Positions 17,418 to 25,700 of a DNA stretch of 64,000 bases are shown piece by piece; position 1 is the stretch's first letter; each line of letters opens with the position of its first letter. The stretch is from Dehalococcoidia bacterium. Its GTDB lineage: Bacteria; Chloroflexota; Dehalococcoidia; Lucifugimonadales; QGNO01. Made by a program: the position numbers and the translations under genes. The stretch is taken from assembly GCA_965197965.1 (NCBI GenBank), contig OZ240235.1:90621-154620 (forward strand), written 5' to 3'. The notes under the pieces were generated by a model, which saw nothing but the letters and a program-made list of their open reading frames with translations, was not told where the DNA came from and ran no database searches.

Positions 17418-17882
17418 ATGTCGCAGGTAGAGGATAAGCTGAGTGAAATGGGCCTGGAACTGACAGAGGGGCCGGCCCCCATGGCCAACTACATACCGGG
17501 GTACAGGGCGGGCAACCTGGTATTCCTGTCCGGAGTGGGGCCCAGAGCCGCCGACGGGTCTACGTTGCGAGGGAAACTGGGGCAGGAGGTGACGGTGGAG
17601 GAGGGTTACCAGGCCGCCAGGTTGTGCGCTCTCAATTTACTGGCTAACCTGAAGGGGATCATAGGCGATTTAGACAAAGTGAAGCACGTTGTCAAGCTGC
17701 TTGCTATGGTGAACGCCGCTTCTGATTTCACGGAGCAACCCGCTGTGATCAACGGCTGCTCGGATCTTCTGGTGGAGGTTTTGGGAGACAAGGGGCGGCA
17801 CGCCAGGTCAGCGGTTGGCATGGGTTCTTTGCCGGGTGGGATGGCGGTTGAAATCGAAATGATAGCGGAAGTGGAAGAGTAG
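17418..17882 (+). CDS. RidA/YjgF family protein
   Basis: GNLVFLSGVGP...ARSAVGMGSLPGGMAVEIEMIAEV C-terminus typical of RidA. Confidence 0.8.
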   Translation: MSQVEDKLSEMGLELTEGPAPMANYIPGYRAGNLVFLSGVGPRAADGSTLRGKLGQEVTVEEGYQAARLCALNLLANLKGIIGDLDKVKHVVKLLAMVNAASDFTEQPAVINGCSDLLVEVLGDKGRHARSAVGMGSLPGGMAVEIEMIAEVEE

Positions 17883-17989
17883 ACGGAAAAGGGTCAAATA
17901 GCGAACCGGTAGGACTGCATCTTCATGCGGAGGGTGTTAGGATATTATGGCGAGTTGCAAGAAACCGCCTTCTTTGACAGGATACTGCT

Positions 17990-18895
17990 ATGCGTGTCAG
18001 CGAGTTTGAACTAACGGAACCGGTTCCGGAACTGCGAAAACCGCACGTCATTGCCAGCTTGAGGCCGTGGGTGGATGCGGGAAGCGTGGGGACGCTGACC
18101 CTAGCGCGGCTAGAGCGGCATCTTGGCGCAAAGGACATGGGCGGACTGGCTACGCCGGGCAAGTTCTTCGACTTCACCCGCTACCGGCCAACGGTCTACT
18201 ACACGGAAGGCCAGCGTCGCATGACCATTCCCAACACGTCCGTTCGCTATGCTCCGGGGGAGGGAGAATTCGATTATCTCTTTGTGCACATCTTGGAACC
18301 GCACGCCTTTGCTGAAGAGTACATAGATTCGCTGGCGCAGCTTTTCGACCACCTCAAGGTGGAGCGGTACTGCCGTGTGGGCGGCATGTACGATGCCGTG
18401 CCCCACACTCGTCCGATTCTGGTCACCGGCTCTATGGACGGAGAGGACATGAGCCAGGTGCCAGGCGTGAGCCCATCCAGGCGCTCGCCCTACCAGGGCC
18501 CAACCTCCATAATCAACCTGTTGTCTGAAAAATTGAGCGCCGTGGGCACGGAAAATGTCACGTTGATGGCGCGCCTTCCGCAGTATATCCAGCTGGAAGA
18601 AGACCATACCGGGGCCGCCAGCTTGCTCAACATCATGTGCCACCTCTACAGCCTTCCCCGGGAGTTGGCCGTAAGCAGGCGCGGGGTCAGGCAGTACGAG
18701 CGGGTTTCCTCTGAGATGGAGCGGAACTCAGGCGTGAAAGCCCTGGTGGAGCAGCTAGAGGCCGACTACGACGCGCGCATGGAGTCCACGGCGCGGGAGG
18801 AACGGAGCGAAGAAACTATTCCGCTATCGCCCTCCGTGGAGCAGTTCCTGCGAGAGCTTGGCGAGAGCGGGAACCGGGAGCAGGAGAAGCAGTAG
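17990..18895 (+). CDS. PAC2 (proteasome assembly chaperone 2-like) family protein
   Basis: PHVIASLRPWVDAGSVGTLTL N-terminal pattern of bacterial PAC2 proteins. Acidic coiled C-terminus. Confidence 0.55.
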   Translation: MRVSEFELTEPVPELRKPHVIASLRPWVDAGSVGTLTLARLERHLGAKDMGGLATPGKFFDFTRYRPTVYYTEGQRRMTIPNTSVRYAPGEGEFDYLFVHILEPHAFAEEYIDSLAQLFDHLKVERYCRVGGMYDAVPHTRPILVTGSMDGEDMSQVPGVSPSRRSPYQGPTSIINLLSEKLSAVGTENVTLMARLPQYIQLEEDHTGAASLLNIMCHLYSLPRELAVSRRGVRQYERVSSEMERNSGVKALVEQLEADYDARMESTAREERSEETIPLSPSVEQFLRELGESGNREQEKQ

Positions 18896-19083
18896 GCTAG
18901 CCAAACGGCCTTGTACAAGAATCGGTAGCTGTAGATATTAACTTGTCTGCACAGCTTGCCTACGATCTAATCCCAACTATAGAATCCTTATCGTAGATTC
19001 CCCTTCCACAGTTCAAAACGCAATGAAGAATTGCCGATTGTTGCCTGTGTCAACGTCAGACTTCAGTTGGAGGTAGCGCAGCA

Positions 19084-20865
19084 TTGGAACCGAGAAATTA
19101 TGCCTTGGCCAATCTCTTTGAGGGGTACGTTGTGTACGTTGTCCCAAACTATCAACGTCTGTACGTTTGGAACCAAGAGGATCAATGGGAACCGCTGTGG
19201 TCAGATGTGGAGGACATTGCCAATGACCTTGTCAGGGATGCCATAAGAAGAGGTCGCGAGAACGTTGATCCCGACTCAGTGGAATCCCACTTTCTTGGAG
19301 CTGTAGTACTGAAGATAAGTGGAAGTACTCCCGATCTAGCAAGACAGTTACGTGTCATCGATGGTCAGCAACGCCTTACAACTCTTCAGATCCTGATGGG
19401 TGCTGCTGTGAGCGAACTTGACCGCCACGAACTAACAACACCTGCGAAGCGATTGCGAAACCTCATTGTAAATCCATCTGAAGCCGACTCATTCAAAATC
19501 AAGCACCAGGCACACAGACTCGGACACGACTATGAGAAGTTCGGTGATGTGATGGGTAAGGCGAGTCACGGTGATAGCACAGATGATATTAGTGGTTCTA
19601 TGGCAGAATGCTATCGATATTTCCAGCGGGCTATAGGAGAATGGCTCAGCTCACAGGATCAAGTTCATATAGCTGGGTCTGCGCTTGCCACTACGCTAAT
19701 CATGAAGCTTAACGTAGTTGGCATCTATCTGGAAGGACACGAGAAGGAACATATAATTTTCGAGACACTAAACGCACGTGGCGAGCCATTGACCGAATGG
19801 GACAAGATCAAGAATTATTTGCTCTACAAGGCAGACGAAACGCCTGGACTGAAGCAAGAATCATTTTTTGAGAAATACCTGGATCAGTTTGACGATCCTT
19901 GGTGGCGTCAATTGGTGGGGCGTGGTGTTCAAAGGCCTCGTAGCGACGTCTTCGCCGACTATTGGCTGGAGTCATATAAGGGAACCCCCGTTGCAGTACG
20001 CCGAGTATTCCGGGAGTTTCAAAAGTACATGGATGGCAAGAACCAAGGTCTAGAACCAATGATTGAGGAATTGGTCAGAGACGCACGATACTTTCGGGAC
20101 TTTGAACAACTGGACCCAAGCAATCACAGCAGAGAGGCATTGTTTCACAGCAGACGTCTAGCCATGGGAGCAGGTGCAATCTGGCCTTTGTTACTGCAAT
20201 TGCAAAGAATGCCTATTGACCAACAGGATCGAGAGCGCTGCCTAGTTGCATTAGAAAGCTACCTTGTACGAAGGCTGATTGTGGGATACCAGGCACGTAG
20301 TTATGACCAAGTAGCTCTAGATTTGCTCAACTCTCTAACGACAAAGAGTGACATAAGCCAGTCTCTATTGAATCATCTGTTGAAGTACTCGGAAGCCGCA
20401 ACTCTCTGGCCGAGCGACGAGGAAGTTAGAAATGCTGTCCTGAATAGACACCTGTCGCAGTACGCTCAACGCTTAGTGCTTTCCGCAGTGGAAAAACACT
20501 TGATTACAAACAAAGCTGCTAACCCGCAGCTATTTGCTAACCTTCATGTCGAACACGTTATGCCTCGAGCGTGGCAACCTTCATCTTGGCCGTTGCCTGA
20601 TTCGAGTGACGTAGCTTCGGCAGAGGAAAAGCGCGAAAAGGCCATCAATACTCTCGGGAACTTAACGCTACTTAATGGCCGTTTGAATTCGTCGATTAGC
20701 AATGCTGCTTGGAATGTGAAGCGTGAAGCAATTGCAGAGTCTGACAACTTGTTCCTCAATCGTCGCCTGCTGAAGCAGTCCTTGGACACTTGGATGGAGA
20801 AAGATATAGCGCGTCGAGGAAGATGGATGTATGAGTCTATCGTTAAGATCTGGCCGCGAGGCTAG
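19084..20865 (+). CDS. GmrSD-type type IV restriction enzyme-like protein (DUF262 + DUF1524)
   Basis: N-terminal YQRLYVW and VIDGQQRLTTLQILM (DUF262). C-terminal HVEHVMPRAW...GNLTLLNGRLNSSISN His-Me finger (DUF1524). TTG start with GGAGG 10 nt upstream. Visibly lower GC than its neighbours. Confidence 0.85.
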   Translation: MEPRNYALANLFEGYVVYVVPNYQRLYVWNQEDQWEPLWSDVEDIANDLVRDAIRRGRENVDPDSVESHFLGAVVLKISGSTPDLARQLRVIDGQQRLTTLQILMGAAVSELDRHELTTPAKRLRNLIVNPSEADSFKIKHQAHRLGHDYEKFGDVMGKASHGDSTDDISGSMAECYRYFQRAIGEWLSSQDQVHIAGSALATTLIMKLNVVGIYLEGHEKEHIIFETLNARGEPLTEWDKIKNYLLYKADETPGLKQESFFEKYLDQFDDPWWRQLVGRGVQRPRSDVFADYWLESYKGTPVAVRRVFREFQKYMDGKNQGLEPMIEELVRDARYFRDFEQLDPSNHSREALFHSRRLAMGAGAIWPLLLQLQRMPIDQQDRERCLVALESYLVRRLIVGYQARSYDQVALDLLNSLTTKSDISQSLLNHLLKYSEAATLWPSDEEVRNAVLNRHLSQYAQRLVLSAVEKHLITNKAANPQLFANLHVEHVMPRAWQPSSWPLPDSSDVASAEEKREKAINTLGNLTLLNGRLNSSISNAAWNVKREAIAESDNLFLNRRLLKQSLDTWMEKDIARRGRWMYESIVKIWPRG

Positions 20866-20875
20866 AGGTTAGCTC

Positions 20876-22189
20876 TCATTCAATATGAAGTTCGGCGGGG
20901 GCCTGCCTCTTCTGCGGCGGATATGCAAACAGCGCGGCTATGCCGCAAGCCACCGGCAGGGCCATGAACACAAAGATAGCCACCGTGTACCCGTTGGTAA
21001 GGTCGAACAGAATGCCGAAGGGTAGGGGGCCCAAGGCGGCAAAGGCCACCATGCAGGTTGTTACCACTCCTCTTATACTGCCCAGGTAGGTGCGGCCGTA
21101 GTAGTTGGGCCAGATCACCGAATTTGTAGTCATGAACAATCCGCCAGCCAGACCCAGCATTCCCCCGAATATGAACCCCTGCCAGGCTTGAGATATGACC
21201 AGAGTCAATAGCATGGCCAGACACAATAGGCCCTGGCCCACCACCAGCAGATAGCGGTTTGGCAAACGGTCTGCAAGAAATCCGGCGATGAATGCGCCCA
21301 CGATAGCAAGCGGCGCTATCACACTCAATATGGATGCGGCCACGCCGGCGTCCAGGCCTCTGCTGCTCATCACCGAAACGTGGTGAAAGACCAATGCGGT
21401 GCTGATCAAGGACTGAGACGACCCGGCGAATACGAGCAGCCAAAACGACCTGGTAGCCAGGGCTTCTCTGAGGGAAAAGTTGGTCTCGACGAACCGGGAG
21501 CCGCTGCTGCTACCGCCAGCGGCGACGGCAGAGGCGGAATCGCCGTCGGGTAGAAGCCCGACCGCCTCCGGGCTGCGTCGCACCAGCAGCAGAGAGGGCA
21601 ACACTACCACCGCCCAGATGATGAAGCCAAGCACAACCCAAGCATTCCTCCAGCCGTAGTTGCTGATGAGCAGATAGATGAGCGGAGGGAAGGCGGCCTG
21701 GCTGGCGGCCATGCCCAGATGGTAGATGGCGGTGACCTTTCCTCGCTTCCGTACGAACCAGATGACGACCAAGGTTGTAGGGATAAGCGAAAGAGAGCCT
21801 TGCCCAAGCGTTCGTAGGGCGGCGAAGCCCAGGTAGAGGTGGAAGACGTGCTGTACGTTGCTCATCCCTATGGCGGCAAATCCGAATAGTGTTGCCACCA
21901 CCGCCAGCATCACTCGCGCCCCGAACCTGTCGAGGAGCCGGCCTACCACCACCATCGTCGTGGCCGCTGTGAGGGAACCGGCGGTGTACAGCCCGGCAAC
22001 CATGGTCCTGGACAAGCCCAGGTCGTCGATGATGGGGTCTACGAAGACCGATACTCCGTAGGTCTGACCGGGACCGGACATAAAACCGGCGGCGCTGGAG
22101 ACGACGACGATTACCCAGCCGTAGTAGAAGGGGAGGCCTGTGACTAATGAGCGCTTGGTAGATTTCACAACCCTAATATAGTAACCCAC
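20876..22189 (-). CDS. MFS transporter
   Basis: About 12 hydrophobic segments and an MFS-like GRLLDRFGAR loop. Start uncertain (GTG 22189 or GTG 22168). Stop lies 10 nt from the GmrSD stop. Confidence 0.8.
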   Translation of the reverse strand: MGYYIRVVKSTKRSLVTGLPFYYGWVIVVVSSAAGFMSGPGQTYGVSVFVDPIIDDLGLSRTMVAGLYTAGSLTAATTMVVVGRLLDRFGARVMLAVVATLFGFAAIGMSNVQHVFHLYLGFAALRTLGQGSLSLIPTTLVVIWFVRKRGKVTAIYHLGMAASQAAFPPLIYLLISNYGWRNAWVVLGFIIWAVVVLPSLLLVRRSPEAVGLLPDGDSASAVAAGGSSSGSRFVETNFSLREALATRSFWLLVFAGSSQSLISTALVFHHVSVMSSRGLDAGVAASILSVIAPLAIVGAFIAGFLADRLPNRYLLVVGQGLLCLAMLLTLVISQAWQGFIFGGMLGLAGGLFMTTNSVIWPNYYGRTYLGSIRGVVTTCMVAFAALGPLPFGILFDLTNGYTVAIFVFMALPVACGIAALFAYPPQKRQAPAELHIE

Positions 22190-22261
22190 CGTGTCACGTG
22201 GGTGGGGACGGGCAAATTAGGCAAACGGGCAGGCGGGCAAGGCGGGCCGGGTGGTCCGGAC

Positions 22262-22705
22262 TCACTCATCCGGTTCTTCTTCCAACGCTACTCCGGGAGG
22301 AATGGCAAGCCTTCTATGTGATATCGGCGGCGTCCCAGGAACACAACTCCAAGGTTCCTGGTGAACCTCGCTTCCGTCCGGTTGGAAGATACGCATCCTC
22401 GCGGGTTCAATGTCTTTGCAATGCGCTATCTTTGCGGTCCTCACGCACTTGCCGTCTAGGACATAGCTGACTGCGGAGGCGACATTGTGCATTGTTTCAG
22501 AGAGAGCTATACGGTCTATGGCAAACATACCCATTTGAATATGCCTGTCCATTTCATCATCGAATGGCCGTCCATAGACCGACTCAGCCTCCGCAATGTT
22601 GAAGGATAGTATCTGCTCCACGGTATGTCCTTCTATAACGACGTGCGCCCAACGTACGTTCACGTCTCTAATCTCGCAGGCTTCCTCCCTTACTTCCGCT
22701 GTCAT
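22262..22705 (-). CDS. hypothetical protein (148 aa), third gene of the unknown trio
   Basis: ATG 22705 with GGGAG 6 nt upstream. No motif recognised. One 60-nt line inside it is 24/60 GC. Confidence 0.55.
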   Translation of the reverse strand: MTAEVREEACEIRDVNVRWAHVVIEGHTVEQILSFNIAEAESVYGRPFDDEMDRHIQMGMFAIDRIALSETMHNVASAVSYVLDGKCVRTAKIAHCKDIEPARMRIFQPDGSEVHQEPWSCVPGTPPISHRRLAIPPGVALEEEPDE

Positions 22706-22819
22706 AATCAACTCCCTAGTGTAGCTCCCTAAGCGGTGGCTAAGCGGTGACGGTATCGGTCGTAGTCAAGACCCGTCTGGCGGAATGTTCGGATTGATGA
22801 AGGTTCTTTCAATCCAACC

Positions 22820-23905
22820 CTAAGTGGCCGTTACCATTTCCCAAATGCCCTTTATCTGGCACACTACTTTATCCAGGACACGCCCGTATTCCGCTCCGGT
22901 CTTCAGGTAGATTGGCACGTCGTAAAGCCAACCACTATCCCCTAATTCGACCAGTGAGGGTACTTTGTCCCGAAGGTGTGCAGTGTTGATTGGGACGTCG
23001 CTGCCAATCCGTAGCCACAAGGGAGTATCACCACTGGTTGCCCAGAGGCGGTAATTCACGCACAGGAACAAGTAGCCGGAGATCACTTCTCCCTGGTCAT
23101 TCCTGAACCTGAAATACCGCCCATAGCCATGCCTCTGCGCCGTAGCTCTAAGGCCTCTGACAGACATCCAGCGTTCCGGTCGGCCACGACTGTCAACCAC
23201 GTCGTCTATAAGGCGATTGAGCCACCGGAGCCTGCGGGGTACTGAGGGGCTGAGTTCTGCTGTCCTGATGGGTTGGAAGGCCTCGTCGTCCTCCCGTTGC
23301 GCCAGTCCACGGAGTTGTCGAATGTCTGAGGCAACCGAGGAATCGGGAGGCACGGCGGCTGCCAGGCGGTCGAGGAGCAGAGGCCAGCTAACCAGCATCA
23401 GCCGCTTGTCCTGGTAGTCTGCGCCCGTCACCCTGGCCCTGTGCACTTGTGTGAGTGTTTCGACCGCATTCAGCTCAACCCCATCCGGCCCGCTCTCCAT
23501 CTGGCGTTTTATCTCCGCCCACAGTATCTGCAGCCTGGTGGCGGGAGCGATGAACAACAGCACACCCGGCCCTGCGTCCTTCAGTTTTTTGAAGTAGCCG
23601 CTGGCCTGTTCCTCCTGAAGGGTGGCCCAGAACTTCGACTCTACGAGCAGCCGATTCCCGCCCCCTTGGTCATAGCCCACCATGTCCGGGCGAGACCCAT
23701 CCTTGTACGTCACCTGCGTATCGAATCTGGACAGGGCATCTAGCTGGTAGGAGTCCTCTCCTTCTCTCAGCAGGAGTCCCAAAGCATCACGGCAGGTAGG
23801 GGAATTGTTCAGGATGAAGGCTAGAGCGTCGGTGGCTGCGTCCTCCACGCGACTGGTAATGCGCGGCACCAAGTGAGCGAGCAGGGTGGTGTCACTGTCG
23901 GGCAT
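22820..23905 (-). CDS. PD-(D/E)xK nuclease-like protein with an unknown ~250-aa C-terminal domain
   Basis: Literal motif SRPD74MVGYDQGGGNRLLVE89SK91FWA after the acidic helix EDAATDALAFIL. Strong RBS AAGGAGGAGG. Confidence 0.6.
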   Translation of the reverse strand: MPDSDTTLLAHLVPRITSRVEDAATDALAFILNNSPTCRDALGLLLREGEDSYQLDALSRFDTQVTYKDGSRPDMVGYDQGGGNRLLVESKFWATLQEEQASGYFKKLKDAGPGVLLFIAPATRLQILWAEIKRQMESGPDGVELNAVETLTQVHRARVTGADYQDKRLMLVSWPLLLDRLAAAVPPDSSVASDIRQLRGLAQREDDEAFQPIRTAELSPSVPRRLRWLNRLIDDVVDSRGRPERWMSVRGLRATAQRHGYGRYFRFRNDQGEVISGYLFLCVNYRLWATSGDTPLWLRIGSDVPINTAHLRDKVPSLVELGDSGWLYDVPIYLKTGAEYGRVLDKVVCQIKGIWEMVTAT

Positions 23906-23929
23906 GGAGAACCTCCTCCTTATAATCCT

Positions 23930-24292
23930 CTAACTTTCGTAAGCCGGATTGGTCGGATAGTCCTCTGGCTTCCCCGTGTCGCCGGGCTGGATCACGAAGT
24001 CCCGGCGGTCCCGATATAGGCTGGCGCGGTTAATCACGTTCTCGCCATCGGGGTCGAAGCCGTCCCACTGGCTGTTGAACCAGTATTTGAAGTCACCGAT
24101 GAATAGATACTTGTTGCTCACGCGGAAGAAGCGGCAGGCTACGCCCTCGCCGTCAAGGAAGCGGGCGTAGATGGCGTCCAGCAGTTCCCGCTGTCCGTCC
24201 TTCTGGCTGAGGACGTATTCATGGGGCCAAGTGTCTCGGTAGGTGACCGCCTCACGCCAGGGGGCGCGGGCGATGAGTTCCGTCAGTTTCAT
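23930..24292 (-). CDS. hypothetical protein (120 aa), first gene of the unknown trio
   Basis: Aromatic-rich: TYRDTWPHEYVL, FIGDFKYWFNSQWDGFDPDG. No family recognised. Lies 24 nt upstream of the nuclease-like gene. Confidence 0.55.
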   Translation of the reverse strand: MKLTELIARAPWREAVTYRDTWPHEYVLSQKDGQRELLDAIYARFLDGEGVACRFFRVSNKYLFIGDFKYWFNSQWDGFDPDGENVINRASLYRDRRDFVIQPGDTGKPEDYPTNPAYES

Positions 24293-24418
24293 TCTCTATC
24301 GATTTCCTCATGCGGGGCATTGTCCAAGTGATGATAGCAGAAATCACAGAACTACCTAGGCGATGAACAATTGAAAATGTCAAGGTGAAAAAATAATCCG
24401 TTTTTAATCAAAAATACC

Positions 24419-25529
24419 TGTTGAAAGGATGATTAGGGTCAGAAAGATATCGGACACCAGCGAGAGAGATGAAAGGGAGATATGCTGGTGTCAAGATGAG
24501 TGTATATGGGGCCATACTGCCGGGAGCGGCGAGATTGGCACGGCTCCCGGCGGAGCCCTCAGCGGAAGCCAAGCGCCGATGGAAAGTAGTGCGATGGTAT
24601 GAGGACCACGCAGGGAAGGTGCGGTTGACAGCTCGTCACTTTGGTTACAGTCCTGACACCATAAGCCGGTGGGTACGCGCCTACAACTCTGGTGGAGTGA
24701 GAGGGCTGGAGCCTGGGAGTAGGAGACCCCGGAGGGTGAGACAGCCCCAGACGTCACTGGAGGTGGTAGAGAGGGTTCAGGCCGTGAGGGAGCAGTACCC
24801 CCGATGGGGACGGGAGAAGCTGCGGGTACTATTATTGGAGGAGGGTATCACCCTCTCGGCCAAGAGCATAGACCGGGTGATAGGTCGTCTCAAGGCGCGT
24901 GGGGTACTCCGGGAGGCAGTACAGCCCCGCAAGGCCGTCAGGTGGCGCCAGGCGAGGCTGCGACGACCCAGGGAGTTAGTAGTGGACAGTCCCGGAGCGT
25001 TGGTGCAAATGGACAGCAAGCAGGTGGCCTTAGGGAATGGAAAGGTGGTGTACCAGTTCGGGGCTGTGGACTGCTTCACCCGCAAGAGAGTGGTGGCCTT
25101 GGCGCCACGGCTTACCAGTCATCATGGCGGGGAGTTCTTGAAGCAGGTGGTGACCCAGTTCCCCTTCCAAGTCCAGGCCATACAGTCGGACGGAGGAAGC
25201 GAGTTCCTGAAGGAGTTTGGAGCCAGGGTAGCAGAACTCCAGCTGACCCACTACTTCAACCGACCTAACTACCCTCAGGGAAACGGGCGCATTGAGCGGA
25301 GCTTCCGCACCGACGAGGAGGAGTTCTACCAGGTGGAGGACCTCCCCACCGATCTGGGGAGTCTGGAGCAGGCTCTCCTGGCCTGGAACCGCATCTACGA
25401 GACGGTGCGCCCCCATCAAGCCCTGGGTTACAAGACCCCGGACCAGTTCTATCACCACTGGCTCGATACTAATACCAAGGGAAAGGAGGCCTTGTCCGAT
25501 ATCTCCTGACCCCATACAAGGTATTGACA
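24419..25529 (+). mobile_element. IS481-family insertion sequence (~1.1 kb)
   Basis: Single HTH + rve (DDE) transposase. Imperfect terminal inverted repeats: left TGTTGAAAGGATGATTAGGGTCAGAAAGATATCGGACA; reverse complement of right TGTCAATACCTTGTATGGGGTCAGGAGATATCGGACA. TGT...ACA ends. No target-site duplication seen. Confidence 0.75.
24469..25509 (+). CDS. IS481-family transposase (integrase core domain)
   Basis: N-terminal HTH (ARHFGYSPDTISRWV). DDE residues in LVQMDSK, IQSDGGSEF and PQGNGRIERSF. Stop codon lies inside the right inverted repeat. Confidence 0.85.
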   Translation: MKGRYAGVKMSVYGAILPGAARLARLPAEPSAEAKRRWKVVRWYEDHAGKVRLTARHFGYSPDTISRWVRAYNSGGVRGLEPGSRRPRRVRQPQTSLEVVERVQAVREQYPRWGREKLRVLLLEEGITLSAKSIDRVIGRLKARGVLREAVQPRKAVRWRQARLRRPRELVVDSPGALVQMDSKQVALGNGKVVYQFGAVDCFTRKRVVALAPRLTSHHGGEFLKQVVTQFPFQVQAIQSDGGSEFLKEFGARVAELQLTHYFNRPNYPQGNGRIERSFRTDEEEFYQVEDLPTDLGSLEQALLAWNRIYETVRPHQALGYKTPDQFYHHWLDTNTKGKEALSDIS

Positions 25530-25700
25530 GCTTCTCGTACAGGATGATATAGTTGGGATGTCCTGAGCAATCAAGGCAACGGAGGGGACGGGGTGGAGGC
25601 CAATCGGGCAACCGAGCGGTCGAAAGCCTGGCCAAGCCGGAACTGAGATTTCTCAGGACATTTTCTTTTCACCGCTTGATTTAGACCCCTCACTACGCCG

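Noticed and set aside
25030-25635. 201-aa minus-strand ORF and the 154-aa alternative-frame ORF 24804..25268 within the IS
   Set aside because: Both overlap the DDE transposase reading frame, which accounts for the element. There is no evidence for a second IS gene.
24372-25680. Outer inverted repeats for a larger IS (GAAAATGTC/GGTGAAAA left versus GACATTTTC/TTTTCACC right)
   Set aside because: The two sub-blocks are in the wrong relative order for a true inverted repeat and are low-complexity A/T words. The inner TGT...ACA repeats explain the element.
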